A stretch of DNA of 64,000 bases, from NCBI GenBank assembly GCA_964583685.1, contig CAZOVJ010000001.1, positions 196,033 through 260,032 of the forward strand, written 5' to 3'. Shown here piece by piece: positions 43,183-54,300 of this stretch (positions are counted from its first letter, which is position 1; each line of letters begins with the position of its first letter). The notes under the pieces are model-generated. The model was not told the DNA's origin. It saw nothing but the letters and a program-made list of their open reading frames with translations, and searched no databases. Made by a program: the position numbers and the translations under genes. This DNA comes from an uncultured Gammaproteobacteria bacterium (GTDB lineage Bacteria > Patescibacteriota > Microgenomatia > UBA8517).

Positions 43183-44447
43183 TTTATACTTTGTAATTCC
43201 AATTCAATGGAACTCAAGCGGTTGTATTTTGCTACCCTTTCACCCCTGGCCGGTGCACCGAATTTGACATAATCAGCTCCGGCTCCTACGGCAAAATCGG
43301 CTATAAACCAGTCATTGGTTTCACCGGACCGGTGAGAGACGATTACTTTCCAACCAACCTCCTTTGCCCTTTTGATAACTTCCAGCGTTTCGCTAATTGT
43401 CCCTACCTGATTTGGTTTAATTAAAATTGCATTACAAGCTTTCTCTTTAATCGCCTTTTCAACTCTTTTGAGGTTGGTAGCCAAAAGGTCATCGCCGACA
43501 ATGATTATTTGATTACCCAAAAGTTGAGAAAGCTTTTTCCAGCCTTCCCAAGAGTTTTCATGAAGAGGGTCCTCTAATATAGCCAGGTGATAAGTATCAT
43601 TGAGCTCTTTGTAATAATCAATCATGGCGTTTTCATCCATGGGAGCTGACTTGTCGCGGATGGAATAAGTGTTGTCTTTAAAGAATATTGAGGCGGCAAC
43701 ATCAAGGCCTAAAAAAACATCTCTGCCAATTTCATAGATTGTTTGTTTGATAGTTTCCACTAGCATCTCTAGGGCATCAGCATTGGTAAAAAGATTGGGA
43801 GCATAGCCCCCTTCATCACCGACTGAATGAATCGCTCCCCTTTGGGCCAGGTTTTCTCCTAAGTTTAAATATATCTCAGCCGCCAGACGCAAACCTAGAC
43901 TAAAGGATTTCGAGGAAGCAGGTATAATCCAGAATTCTTGAAAATCCAAGTTTCCCGCTCCATGTAAGCCTCCGTTTATCATGTTAAAAATAGGTATTGG
44001 TATACCAGTTTTAGGTGTCAAGCCCTTTTTTTGGGCTAATGTGTGAATCCAGTGATAGAGAGTTGTTTGATTGGCCATGGCGCCTACTTTGGCAATTACC
44101 CCGGAAACGGCCAGAATACTATTTGCTCCCAGTTTTGCCTTGTTTTCGCTACCATCAAGTTTTTTCAGGAGAGTGTCAACTTTCTCCTGTTCTGAGGGGT
44201 TGTATCCAACTAAGGCCGGTCCAAGTATTTTATTGACATTATTGACAGCCTTAAGTACACCTTTACCTTTATATTTTTTTTCATCACCATCTCTAAGTTC
44301 TAAAGCCTCATAAGTTCCGATTGAGGCCCCAGAGGGAACAGAGAATACAGCTATCTGGTCACTATCAAGCTGACATGCGGCTTCAATTGTCGGTATACCT
44401 CTTGAGTCAAGAATTTCTCTGGCCCAAATTTCTTTAATTTTGCTCAT
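43179..44447 (-). CDS. eno: enolase
   Basis: 422 aa; 'IKEIWAREILDSRGIPTIEA', 'SHRSGETNDWFIADFAVG'. Confidence 0.95.
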   Translation of the reverse strand: MSKIKEIWAREILDSRGIPTIEAACQLDSDQIAVFSVPSGASIGTYEALELRDGDEKKYKGKGVLKAVNNVNKILGPALVGYNPSEQEKVDTLLKKLDGSENKAKLGANSILAVSGVIAKVGAMANQTTLYHWIHTLAQKKGLTPKTGIPIPIFNMINGGLHGAGNLDFQEFWIIPASSKSFSLGLRLAAEIYLNLGENLAQRGAIHSVGDEGGYAPNLFTNADALEMLVETIKQTIYEIGRDVFLGLDVAASIFFKDNTYSIRDKSAPMDENAMIDYYKELNDTYHLAILEDPLHENSWEGWKKLSQLLGNQIIIVGDDLLATNLKRVEKAIKEKACNAILIKPNQVGTISETLEVIKRAKEVGWKVIVSHRSGETNDWFIADFAVGAGADYVKFGAPARGERVAKYNRLSSIELELQSIK

Positions 44448-46735
44448 TTTATCAATTTTTTCTCTGTCTCGGCTATAACTCCGCGCACCCTATTTATGGC
44501 ATCCAGATTAACCGAAATACTGGAAATTCCTATTTTAACCAAATGTTCAACTAAATCATCATATTCTGATGGAGCTTGTCCGCAAATAGATGAACTTACC
44601 TTATGTTTATTACATAATTTTATCACTCTTTCAAGTGCCCAATAAACAGCGGCTGAGCGTTCATTAAAAGCTTTGGCGACCTCGGCGTTATCTCTATCTG
44701 TTCCTAAAATAAGCATCGAAAGGTCATTTGAACCAATTGAAACACCATCTAATCCCACTTTAATGAAATCTTTTAAAAGAATGACATTGACTGGAAGTTC
44801 AACCATCATCCAAAACTTAAACGAAGGAGATTGGAAAAGCCCTTCTGCAGCCACGAGTTTTCTTACATCAGCTAGTTCCTGAGGAGAGCGAACAAAAGGA
44901 ATCATTAAATAAAGATTTTTGTATTTTTGACGCACTTTTTTAATGGCCGAAAGTTCGAGGTTAAAGACATCTGGCTGGGCTAGGTAACGAAAGGCCCCCC
45001 TAAATCCAAGTAAAGGATTGGGTTCCAGTGGTTCCCACGCTTTCCCCCCTTTTAGCTGTCGGTATTCATTGGTTTTAAAATCTGTTGCCCGATAAACAAT
45101 CGGTCTGGGACTAAATGCTTGGCAAAATCTTGTCAGCCTATCAGTAAGCTTTTTAATGAATTCCTTATGTTTTTTAAGCTTAATCGCTTCTTTGGGATGA
45201 ATTCCAATGTCAGCAATCATAAACTCAGCTCTGAGTAAACCAATCCCATCTACATTGAGTTTGGCTATTTCTTGAGCCCGATCCGGCTCGGCCAGGTTAA
45301 CATAGAGCTTGGTGGCTGTTTTAGTACGAACAATTTTCTCTTTAGCTTTATGGCTGACTTTCAGTTTTATTTTACCGCCGAGAAAAACCTGTCCACTTGA
45401 GCCGTCTACAGTAACGACAAATCCATTTTTAAGTTTTTTAGTTGCCTCTTTTGTTCCGACTACACAGGCTAGGCCCATTTCCCTTGAGACAATGGCTGCG
45501 TGCGAGGTCTGGCCTCCTTGGTCAGTAATGATTGCTACTGCTTTCTTCATGGCTGGGACAAAATCAGGTGAGGTCATGGTGGCCACTAGAACATCACCTT
45601 TTTTGACTTGGTTAATTTCTCTGGTACTCTTAACAATTTTGACATACCCGGTGGCTATTCCCGGACTAGCTGGGCTGCCGCTTAAAATAGGGGTTAAAGC
45701 TAGCTTGGATGCCTTTTCCTTGACCGTCTTGCCAATTGTCGTCACCGGTCTGGTCTGGACTAAAAAAATATTCTTATTGTCTTTGGCCCATTCAGCATCT
45801 TGGGGGAAATAATAATGTTTCTGAAGCTGCTGTCCTAATTTGGCTAATTTGACAATTTCCTGATCGCTTAACTTTTGCCCATTTCTTTTCCTTTGGGGAA
45901 CTTTAACCTTTTTCGTTTTACCTTTTCTTCTGACCAACTGTATTGACTGTTCCGAGACTTCTTTGGAAAGAATATAAAAAGTATCTTTTTGGATAATATA
46001 CTTATCTGGTATTACCAACCCCTGAACTATTAATTCACCCAGGCCCCAAATAGCTTCGATGACAATTCTATCTTTTTCATTAGTAACCGGGTCTATGGTG
46101 AAAAGTACTCCAGAGACTTGCGATTGAATCATTTTTTGGACAATTACCGAAATTTTTACCTTTAGATGGGAAATTTTATTTTCTTCTCGATAAAAAATAG
46201 CTCTGGCAGTAAAAAGGGAGGCAAGGCACTTTCGAACGCTTTCAAGAAGATTGGCTTCTCCCTGAATATTAAGAAAAGTTTCTTGTTGACCAGCAAAAGA
46301 AGCGCTTGGTAAGTCTTCAGCCGTAGCTGATGAGCGAACAGCCAAAAGATTGGTCTTAAAAGGTTTTCTAAGTTGACGGTATCCTTTGATTATTTCTCGA
46401 CTAACCTCGTCAGGAATTTTGCCAGAGAGAATTTTCTTATTAATATTTCTAGAAGCTTGAGTCAACTGGTTGGGATCGTTGGGGTCAACAGTTTTTAAAA
46501 TTTCTCTGATATATTTTTCTAAATTGTTTTCTTTTAAAAATAAATCGTAGGCATGGACAGTAATAGCAAAACCATTGGGAACAGGAAAACCGGCTTTGAC
46601 CATTTCACCCAAGTTAGCAGTTTTTCCACCAACAAGGTTAATATCGTCTTTATCTATTTCCTTAAAGAAGACTATAAGTGGGTGGGCAGACATAATTTCA
46701 TAATAATCTATTAAAGGAAGGGTAACAAGCTTCAA
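44444..46735 (-). CDS. ppsA: phosphoenolpyruvate synthase (pyruvate, water dikinase)
   Basis: 763 aa; 'VGGKTANLGEM' ATP-grasp start, phospho-His domain 'GGQTSHAAIVSREMG', PEP-utilising C-terminal TIM barrel. Confidence 0.85.
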   Translation of the reverse strand: MKLVTLPLIDYYEIMSAHPLIVFFKEIDKDDINLVGGKTANLGEMVKAGFPVPNGFAITVHAYDLFLKENNLEKYIREILKTVDPNDPNQLTQASRNINKKILSGKIPDEVSREIIKGYRQLRKPFKTNLLAVRSSATAEDLPSASFAGQQETFLNIQGEANLLESVRKCLASLFTARAIFYREENKISHLKVKISVIVQKMIQSQVSGVLFTIDPVTNEKDRIVIEAIWGLGELIVQGLVIPDKYIIQKDTFYILSKEVSEQSIQLVRRKGKTKKVKVPQRKRNGQKLSDQEIVKLAKLGQQLQKHYYFPQDAEWAKDNKNIFLVQTRPVTTIGKTVKEKASKLALTPILSGSPASPGIATGYVKIVKSTREINQVKKGDVLVATMTSPDFVPAMKKAVAIITDQGGQTSHAAIVSREMGLACVVGTKEATKKLKNGFVVTVDGSSGQVFLGGKIKLKVSHKAKEKIVRTKTATKLYVNLAEPDRAQEIAKLNVDGIGLLRAEFMIADIGIHPKEAIKLKKHKEFIKKLTDRLTRFCQAFSPRPIVYRATDFKTNEYRQLKGGKAWEPLEPNPLLGFRGAFRYLAQPDVFNLELSAIKKVRQKYKNLYLMIPFVRSPQELADVRKLVAAEGLFQSPSFKFWMMVELPVNVILLKDFIKVGLDGVSIGSNDLSMLILGTDRDNAEVAKAFNERSAAVYWALERVIKLCNKHKVSSSICGQAPSEYDDLVEHLVKIGISSISVNLDAINRVRGVIAETEKKLIK

Positions 46736-47806
46736 CTACTGGTCCAGTTTTTGTTTGAAATAATCAACCCAGGGAATTGGTAAGGGGTCAATGTTATAAA
46801 GCATGGCCAAATAAAAACTGACGAACGAACCAAAAACCAGGATTTCAAAGATTTGTTCAAGTTTTTTATCTGACCTTGATAAATAGGTTCTAAATGGTAT
46901 TTCATTTTTTTCAACTACATCCTTGGTCACAGCATATCTTTTTCTTATCTGAGGAGAATAAAGCTTTGATTCCAAGAAAAGAAAATTGAGAAACTTTTTC
47001 GCTGGGGCCGGATTTCTCAATCCTTCCATGAGATGGTGATTAAGCTCAGGAATATCAAAAAGGACGGAAAAGGTTTTCGAGCTTTCATTTAACTGATTTT
47101 TAAAGGTATGAGCACTTCCCACCAGGTGTTCGCTAGCAATCAAGACCGGGATTCCCCCATATAGATTTTTGGCCATTCTCTTAGGCAAATTTTTTTCTTC
47201 GGATTCCTGAACACCAAATTCCTTTATAAATTTTTGGCATGTTTCAATGGCCTCTTGGATATCCTGGTCATAAATAGACAAAAATTCGCATCTCGCCAAA
47301 ATAGATAGACAGGCGGCGATAGAATAACCAAGGCCCATTCTAGGCTGTTTTGAAGGATTTGCTCGTGGCTTAAGAATATAGCCGGCCAGGTTCTCTTTTC
47401 TCAAAAACTCGGCTAATTTACCGCCAGTTGTAATAACAAAAATTTTGGCATTTTTCTTTAGAGCCTCGCGGGCCATGGAAAGCGCCTCTTCAGTATTCCC
47501 TGAGTAGGAAGAGACAATTACCAATGTTTGGGAGCTAACATAATTGGGAAGGTGATATTCGGTGAAAACCTCAACAGGCACCCTCACTCGGTCAGTGATG
47601 AGAGAATCAATAATCCTTCCGCCTAAGCTAGACCCTCCCATTCCCGAGATAACAATGTTTTTGGCTAAATAACATGCTTGGGGAAGATTCAATTTCTTAA
47701 CTTCCTGCCAGGATTGTTCTATTTGTTCAGGCAGTCTTTTAATAGACTGAAGAACTTTGCCTTTGTCTAACTTTTTGATCTTTTTTTCCCAATCAAGATT
47801 AATCAT
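46736..47806 (-). CDS. bifunctional phosphoglucose/phosphomannose isomerase (archaeal-type SIS-domain PGI/PMI)
   Basis: SIS motif 'GMGGSSLGG'; start moved to internal Met (MINLDWEKK) so it no longer overlaps the upstream PMM gene by 149 bp. Confidence 0.65.
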   Translation of the reverse strand: MINLDWEKKIKKLDKGKVLQSIKRLPEQIEQSWQEVKKLNLPQACYLAKNIVISGMGGSSLGGRIIDSLITDRVRVPVEVFTEYHLPNYVSSQTLVIVSSYSGNTEEALSMAREALKKNAKIFVITTGGKLAEFLRKENLAGYILKPRANPSKQPRMGLGYSIAACLSILARCEFLSIYDQDIQEAIETCQKFIKEFGVQESEEKNLPKRMAKNLYGGIPVLIASEHLVGSAHTFKNQLNESSKTFSVLFDIPELNHHLMEGLRNPAPAKKFLNFLFLESKLYSPQIRKRYAVTKDVVEKNEIPFRTYLSRSDKKLEQIFEILVFGSFVSFYLAMLYNIDPLPIPWVDYFKQKLDQ

Positions 47807-49148
47807 TTGATGAAACAACACTTTTGACAAGCTCAAGACCCTTTTTAAGCAATTCCTTAGATTTCTTTTCTGATTCACTTTCGCTAAAAACCCTAAATTC
47901 AGGAGCATTTTTCGATGAGCGAAATAGTATCCAAGTGTTATTGTCAAGCCATATTTTCAATCCATCTATTTCCTCAATTCTTTCTCCTTTAAATTGCTTT
48001 TTGGCTTCTTGAATAATTTTATCTTTAAGTTCCCATTGATAATCAACCTTAGTTCTGAACACATAGAACTTAGGTAATTGATTAACCATTTCTGAAAAAG
48101 TACCCTTAAATTCTGAAAAGAGATTGAGAATTTTCATGGTCATGGAGCCTCCGTCCCTGGTGTACATAATATCTGCCCAAATTGCACCGCCATTTGGTTC
48201 AAAGCCAAAAGAGGTACTCACCTCTTTCATTTTAGCTATTACATAGGGTGAACCAACTTTTGTTCTTATCACTTTTTTTCCAAGGTTATCAACAACCTGC
48301 GAAGCACTGATTGTTGTCACCAATACATTTCCTGATGAATTCTTGGCAATTAAACTACAAGAATATTCACCCTGTACAAAACTTCCCTTTTCATCTACAA
48401 AGACCACCCTGTCTCCATCTCCGTCAAAAGCGATCCCAAAATCACAAGCCTCCTTTTTTACTATTTTTTTAAGCTCTTCTAATTTGGCTTTATCATCAGT
48501 ATCCGTGTCTCTGGCAATAAAATTCTTTTGGGGATTACAGTTGACCTCAATAACCTGTAAGCCTAAGTTTCTTAATAGTTCGGGCATGATGAGTGACTGG
48601 CAACCATTGGCACAATCCAGGCAGACCTTCCATCTGGGCAATGGTTTAACAATTAACTTGAAAAGCATCTCAAAATAAAGTTGGCGGGCTCGCGATTCCA
48701 GATGAACGGTGGGAAAAAGTTTAGGAGGCTTTTCTTTATTTTTTATCTTTAGATAAATATTTTCAATTTCCTTTTGGTCTTTTAAGGAGATCTCTTCGTT
48801 ATGAGCATAAAATTTGAGACCATTAAGTTCAGGAGCAATATGACTGCCGGTTACCATGATGCTAGCCGCTATTGGAGTTGCTTTTATCAACCAGTTCAAA
48901 GAGGGAACAGGGGTAACTCCTTCATCAAAAAGCTTAACCTTTCCTGTTGCCAGGCCTTTAAATACTTGCTTTTTAATTCTTGGGCTTGATTTTCTCGGGT
49001 CCATACCGACAGCAATTGGCCCAAGAAGTCTGTTTTGTTTAAGAAACTCAATAAAAGTTTTAGCAATATCAAAGCAAAATTGTTCAGTAAGGAAAGTATC
49101 AACAGGCCCGCGTATACCACTGGTGCCAAAAAGAGATTTTTTTTGCAT
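47799..49148 (-). CDS. phosphomannomutase/phosphoglucomutase family protein
   Basis: 449 aa; 'FGTSGIRG' N-terminal motif, active-site Ser loop 'TGSHIAPE', 'GDGDR' metal site. Confidence 0.8.
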   Translation of the reverse strand: MQKKSLFGTSGIRGPVDTFLTEQFCFDIAKTFIEFLKQNRLLGPIAVGMDPRKSSPRIKKQVFKGLATGKVKLFDEGVTPVPSLNWLIKATPIAASIMVTGSHIAPELNGLKFYAHNEEISLKDQKEIENIYLKIKNKEKPPKLFPTVHLESRARQLYFEMLFKLIVKPLPRWKVCLDCANGCQSLIMPELLRNLGLQVIEVNCNPQKNFIARDTDTDDKAKLEELKKIVKKEACDFGIAFDGDGDRVVFVDEKGSFVQGEYSCSLIAKNSSGNVLVTTISASQVVDNLGKKVIRTKVGSPYVIAKMKEVSTSFGFEPNGGAIWADIMYTRDGGSMTMKILNLFSEFKGTFSEMVNQLPKFYVFRTKVDYQWELKDKIIQEAKKQFKGERIEEIDGLKIWLDNNTWILFRSSKNAPEFRVFSESESEKKSKELLKKGLELVKSVVSSND

Positions 49149-49152
49149 ACCT

Positions 49153-49830
49153 TTATTCTAATTTCGAACTAATTAAAAGGTCAAGAGAAATAGCCAAGGA
49201 AACTTTAGATGTTTTTGCCTTTATGTCTATATCTGAAAGTTGGTTAATGATTTCTTTTAGATGTTTTCTTGAAAACTTAGATGCCTGTTTTTTTAACCTT
49301 TGCAAACGCCAGGCCGGGTAATTTAAGGTTTCAGGTTCAATTTTTGTCCAATATAGGTCTCGGAAATATCTTCCAGACAAAGCAAAAATAAATTCAATTG
49401 GTTCAAATTCAAGTAATTGGTGAAGTAAAATAAGAGCTTTTTGAGAGTTTCCTGGATAAAGCGAAGCAAAAAAGGTAAAAATTATCTTGGGTAGATCAAA
49501 ATTTTCCACCTTTGTATCCTTAGGTAGTGCTTTTTTTAATTTTTGAGAAGCCCGGCCCTTTTGCCAAAGAAGTAAATGGGCAGGCAGATAAGAATCATTA
49601 TTGGAAAGCTGGGAAAGGTCGGAAGAAGAAAGCTTATTTGCTTCTTCCACAACATAGAGCATTTGATTTTGGAATAGTGAAGCTAGTCTTAGCTTTTCAA
49701 CTAAACTAAATTTATCTTTTGTTGAGATTCTGATAATTTCCCAATTTTTTTTCTTAGCCGAAGTGATAATTTCAAGAAACCGTTTTCTAGAAGGTACCGT
49801 ATGTTCTCCCTGAATTAAGATAACTTTCAT
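49153..49830 (-). CDS. DNA polymerase III delta-subunit-like (HolA-like) clamp-loader protein
   Basis: 225 aa; N-terminal RFC-box-less AAA+-like fold 'MKVILIQGEH...' typical of short HolA; weak. Confidence 0.4.
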   Translation of the reverse strand: MKVILIQGEHTVPSRKRFLEIITSAKKKNWEIIRISTKDKFSLVEKLRLASLFQNQMLYVVEEANKLSSSDLSQLSNNDSYLPAHLLLWQKGRASQKLKKALPKDTKVENFDLPKIIFTFFASLYPGNSQKALILLHQLLEFEPIEFIFALSGRYFRDLYWTKIEPETLNYPAWRLQRLKKQASKFSRKHLKEIINQLSDIDIKAKTSKVSLAISLDLLISSKLE

Positions 49831-50249
49831 TTATTTATCTTTCGATAATTTTCCATCATCTTTCTTAATTTATCTTGAAAATTGCCTGTTCCTTTCCTTC
49901 TATGCGGAAATAAAGCACCGGAAAAAGTTTTTGGTATATGGCAAAGTTCATGTAAAAGCACCTTTTCCTTTTCGGACTCCTTTATTTTATCAAACTTTTC
50001 AGAAATTACCTCGATGATATAGCCAGGATTTTGTTTTAGAGCTTTTTGCCAGATTCTAGGTAATCCCCAAATTCGTGCGCAGGCACGCGTTTTACTATTT
50101 GTTGACCTGAAGCCGTAAACTTGCGACTTTTTAACCCAAGAAAGCCCAAGAGAAGTTACTAAACGATTTATTCTTTGCTGTATATCAGGAGCAGAAACCC
50201 AATCAATTTTCTTAATTCGGCTCTTTTTAAACCTTGTATACCTCGGCAC
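49827..50249 (-). CDS. putative HExxH zinc metallopeptidase-like protein (SprT/DUF45-like)
   Basis: 140 aa; 'LLHELCHI' HExxH motif near C-terminus. Confidence 0.45.
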   Translation of the reverse strand: MPRYTRFKKSRIKKIDWVSAPDIQQRINRLVTSLGLSWVKKSQVYGFRSTNSKTRACARIWGLPRIWQKALKQNPGYIIEVISEKFDKIKESEKEKVLLHELCHIPKTFSGALFPHRRKGTGNFQDKLRKMMENYRKINK

Positions 50250-50478
50250 CCTCTTTTACCTCCTTATCTACCTTTAAACCGATAAAATCGCCTTTTTTAG
50301 CTGATTTAACTTGTTTATGTTCAATTTGTATAGATGTTACTTCCTGCTCAAAAAGGTCTTCTCCTCCTCTTTTAAAAATAATCTTATCCCCTATAGACAA
50401 GCTTGCACCTAACTCAATAATAGCAACACCTATCTTATCGTAAAAATGGGTAATTTTACCTATTTTAAGATCAGCCAT
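50227..50478 (-). CDS. hypothetical small beta-barrel protein
   Basis: 83 aa ORF tightly packed between neighbours. Confidence 0.4.
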   Translation of the reverse strand: MADLKIGKITHFYDKIGVAIIELGASLSIGDKIIFKRGGEDLFEQEVTSIQIEHKQVKSAKKGDFIGLKVDKEVKEGAEVYKV

Positions 50479-50484
50479 TAATCT

Positions 50485-50988
50485 TCACCTCCTTTCTTTC
50501 TCTTGGAGCTGAAAAACATGACATAGAGCTACAGCCAAAGCATCAGCTGCATTATCAAAGTGGGTTTTTTGATGCACCCTGCTTCTCACTTTCGGTCCAA
50601 GAACGTTTCTTAAGGATTTTTGGATATCTTTTTTATTAGCTTTCCCGTTTCCGGCCACAATTTTTTTTATGGTTTTAGGTGCATATTCAGCCACTTTAGT
50701 TTTATTTTTAGCCGCACTAAAAAGAATCACTCCCAGTGCTTGACCCACCCGCATGGCTGTTTTTGCATTAGCAGCAAAAAAGAGCTTCTCAACAGCCATT
50801 ATGTCAGGCTTGAACTTTTTAATAATTGTCCCCATTTGTTTGTAGATATCGGCAAGCCTTATTTCAGGGGCTCCGTTTTTATCGGTTTCAATCAATCCGA
50901 ATTCAACAACTTGATAATTGTCTTTATTAACATCAATCACGCCGTATCCAGTGGTTGCCGTTCCCGGGTCAATTCCCAAAACAATCAT
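50485..50988 (-). CDS. ruvC: Holliday junction resolvase RuvC
   Basis: 167 aa; 'IVLGIDPGTATTGYGVI' catalytic Asp start. Confidence 0.85.
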   Translation of the reverse strand: MIVLGIDPGTATTGYGVIDVNKDNYQVVEFGLIETDKNGAPEIRLADIYKQMGTIIKKFKPDIMAVEKLFFAANAKTAMRVGQALGVILFSAAKNKTKVAEYAPKTIKKIVAGNGKANKKDIQKSLRNVLGPKVRSRVHQKTHFDNAADALAVALCHVFQLQEKERR

Positions 50989-51380
50989 TTCTTTTTTGCC
51001 TCTTCTCTGTGTTTCGAACGAGTGTAGATTTTTTCCACTTCACGTTTGCTTATTTTCCGAGTATAGTAAAGCTTCGCTCTTCTTACGCCCCGAGTTCCTC
51101 TTCTAACTACTTCAAGTTTCTCAATGATAGTAGCTGCCAAAGGAAAAATTCTTTCAATTCCTATTTTCTGGGAACCTATTCTTCTCAGAGTAAAAGATTT
51201 GCCTGGGCCTCTTCCTTTAATCCCAATTACCATTCCCTCAAAGACTTGCTTTCGCGTTTTGTCTCCTTCTTTAGTCTTGAGGTAAAGACGAATAGTATCT
51301 CCTACACCGAATTCTGTTTCCCCGTGTTTTCCTTTTAAGCTCATAGAAGAATTATAGCTTAGAAATTGGTACTTCTTCAA
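50985..51380 (-). CDS. rplS: 50S ribosomal protein L19
   Basis: 131 aa; 'FGVGDTIRLYLKTKEGDKTRKQVFEGMVIGIKGRG' L19 core. Confidence 0.9.
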   Translation of the reverse strand: MKKYQFLSYNSSMSLKGKHGETEFGVGDTIRLYLKTKEGDKTRKQVFEGMVIGIKGRGPGKSFTLRRIGSQKIGIERIFPLAATIIEKLEVVRRGTRGVRRAKLYYTRKISKREVEKIYTRSKHREEAKKK

Positions 51381-54300
51381 GAACCTTCTCTTTGTTTTTT
51401 GATGCTTTCGAGGGTTTCAACAGATTCAAGAATCAAGTTTGTTGACTCTTCCCTATTGTCAGTTCTTCCTTGAACTAAAACACATTTATAATCTACCCAG
51501 ATTTCTTTGGTTGTTGCAAAAATTTTGGGAAAAACAATTACATCAAGACTACCGGTTTCATCTTCAACTTTAACAAAAGCCATTTCCTGTCTAGAGCGCT
51601 TGGTAATGACTGTTTTCACCCCGGTTATCACCCCAGCTATTTTAATTATCTCACCCTGTGTCTGATCTGGAAAAATCTCATTAATCCGATGAGTGGAATA
51701 GCTTAAAAGAGGACTGATAATTTCAGATAAGGGCTTACTAGAAAGAGATAATCCCAAGAGCTGTCGCTCCAATTTTTGTATCTCTTCTTCTGAAAACTCA
51801 CGAATTTCTGGGGCTACCTGTCCCTGGGGATTAGTTCCTGGTTTCTCTATTTCTCCCTGAGAAAAGAAATCCTGTTGACCCCGAGCAACTTTGCTTTTAG
51901 TTTTTGCTCTAATTTTATCCATTGAGGAAAGCAGGCCTGCTCTTGAACCAAAGTCAGATAAGGCACCAACTTTTATTAAGCTTTCTAAGACTTTTTTATT
52001 TACTCTCCGAGCATCGACCCTGGTGCAGAAATCGGCCGCAGAAATAAATTTACCCAATTTTCGTCCTTCCAAAATAGCCTCAATGGCTGCTTTACCTACG
52101 TGTTTGATGGCATTCAGACCAAAGCGTATTGCTTTATTGTCTAATGACTTCTTGTCGGCGACAACTTTAAAATCAACCCAGCTTTCATTTATATCAGGTG
52201 GCAATACATTAATTCCTATCCGGCGGCATTCATTAACTGCCGCGGAAATCTTTTCCAAATCACGAGACTCTGCCGTTAATAAGGCACACATAAATTCAAT
52301 TGGGTAATTAGCTTTCATATAGGCACTCCGATAGGCAAGCATTCCATAAGAGGCTGCATGAGCTTTGTTAAAACCGTAACCAGAAAATGGCTCAATAAGG
52401 CTAAAAAGCTCCTCTGCTTTCTTTTTTTCTAACCCTCCTTTAATAGCTCCTTGAATAAACTTTTTTTTCTGTCTCTCCATTTCTTCGGGAATTTTCTTAC
52501 CGACTGCTTTTCTAAACTTATCAGCTTCCTCCCATGTATAACCAGCTATCTTGATGGCCGTTGTAAAAACATCATCCTGGTAAACCAAAAGGCCATATGA
52601 TTTTTGTAAGTACTCTTTCATTCGAGGGTCAAAATATTTAATTTTACTGGGGTTATTTTTTCTTTCGATATATTCGGGGATATGGGCAATAGGCCCTGGT
52701 CTATATAATGCAACCATGGCCATAATATCCTCAATTCTATTTGGCTTAAGCTCTTTTAAATATCTGGTCATTCCTGACCCTGAGAGCTGGAAAACACCCA
52801 TAGTTTCCCCATGAGCAAGCTTATCAAAGGTTTTTTTATCCTTTAAGGAAATCTTATGAATATCAATTTTTTTGCCATAGGTTTTTTCTACAATTTTTAT
52901 GGTTGACCCTAGGATTGATAGATTTCTTAATCCCAAAAGATCAAATTTGAGCAAGCCGACAGCTGCGCCGGGAGAAACGTTTGGGTCTAGGGCATCCATG
53001 TCGTATTGAGTAATGACTCGTTTACCTTCTGGGTCTAATTGGATTGGTGTGAAATTTGTTATTTTTTTGGGAGCGATAACCAAACCGGCTGCATGAACAG
53101 AGATATGTCTGGCATTACCCTCTAATTGTCGGGCTAAATCAATAACGCTCCTTGAATCAGAGTCAGATTGATAAAGCATTTTCAGTCCAAGAGAGAGCTT
53201 TATAGCCCTGTTAATATTCATCGGATGTCCCTGTGAGCCAAGGGGAATAAGCTTGGCAATCTGATCTCCGGTGCTGTATGGATAACCTAAAACTCGAGCA
53301 ACATCTCTAACCGAAGCCCTAGCAAGCATTCGGCCAAAAGTACATATTTGAGCTACATGATCAATGCCATACTTTCCAGTTATATAGTTAATTACTTCCT
53401 CTCTTCGATTATCGGCAATATCAAAATCTACATCAGGAGGAGAAGGTCTCCAGGGAGTCAAAAATCTCTCAAAAGGCAAATCATAATCTAGAGGATTGAT
53501 ATTGATAATACCCAGGGCATATGAAACCAATGATCCGGCAGCCGAACCTCGAGTATTGGTGGCAATTTCCTTTTTCTTGGTCCACCGGGCTATATCGGCC
53601 ACTATCAAAAAATAGGTTGAATATCCTTTTTGGGTAATGATATCCAGTTCATACTTGATTCTCTTCTTAATCCTTGGCGTCATTTTTTTCACTCGCCGAC
53701 GGATTCCAGACCAAGTTTGATCCCTTAATTCTTTATCCGCACTTTTACCTTTTTGCAGTTTATATTCTGGGAAAAACCATTTGTTCAAAGTAATTGAAAC
53801 ATGGCATTTTTCGGCTATCTTAAGCGTGTTTTCCAGGGCTTCAGGAAGATCGGAAAAAAGTTTGGCCATCTCTTGAGGTGTTTTTATATAAAATGTAGGT
53901 GTATCAATATAGCGCAAGCGTTTGATATCATTGACATTTTTTGCCGTGGCAATACAAACCAGGGCATCTTGGGCATGTGCATCTTCTTGTCTGACATAAT
54001 GGGCATCATTGGTAGCTATAATAGGCACTCCTAATTCTCGACTGAGTTTAATTATTCCCTCTGAGATGATTTTTTCATCCTCTGCTTGTTTAAGGACATT
54101 TTGGCGAATTTCCAGGTTTTCGATTCCATCAACATACTGGCTAAATTGATGTCTTTGTATTTCTAGGTAGTAATCTTTACCAAAAACATCTAAATACCAA
54201 TTAATGATTTTTTTTGCCTCCAAATAATTTCCCACAATAAGAGCCTGAGGTACTTCTCCTCTAGAGCAGCCGGAAGTACAGATTAGACCTTTCGAGTACT

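Noticed and set aside
46736-47947. Full-length 403-aa version of the PGI/PMI ORF
   Set aside because: Its first 47 codons overlap the upstream PMM gene by 149 bp. The internal Met at 47806 gives a conventional 4-nt gap and begins just before the SIS domain.
49153-49830. Confident holA assignment
   Set aside because: At 225 aa it is shorter than the typical delta subunit, and the similarity is only architectural. It is reported with low confidence.
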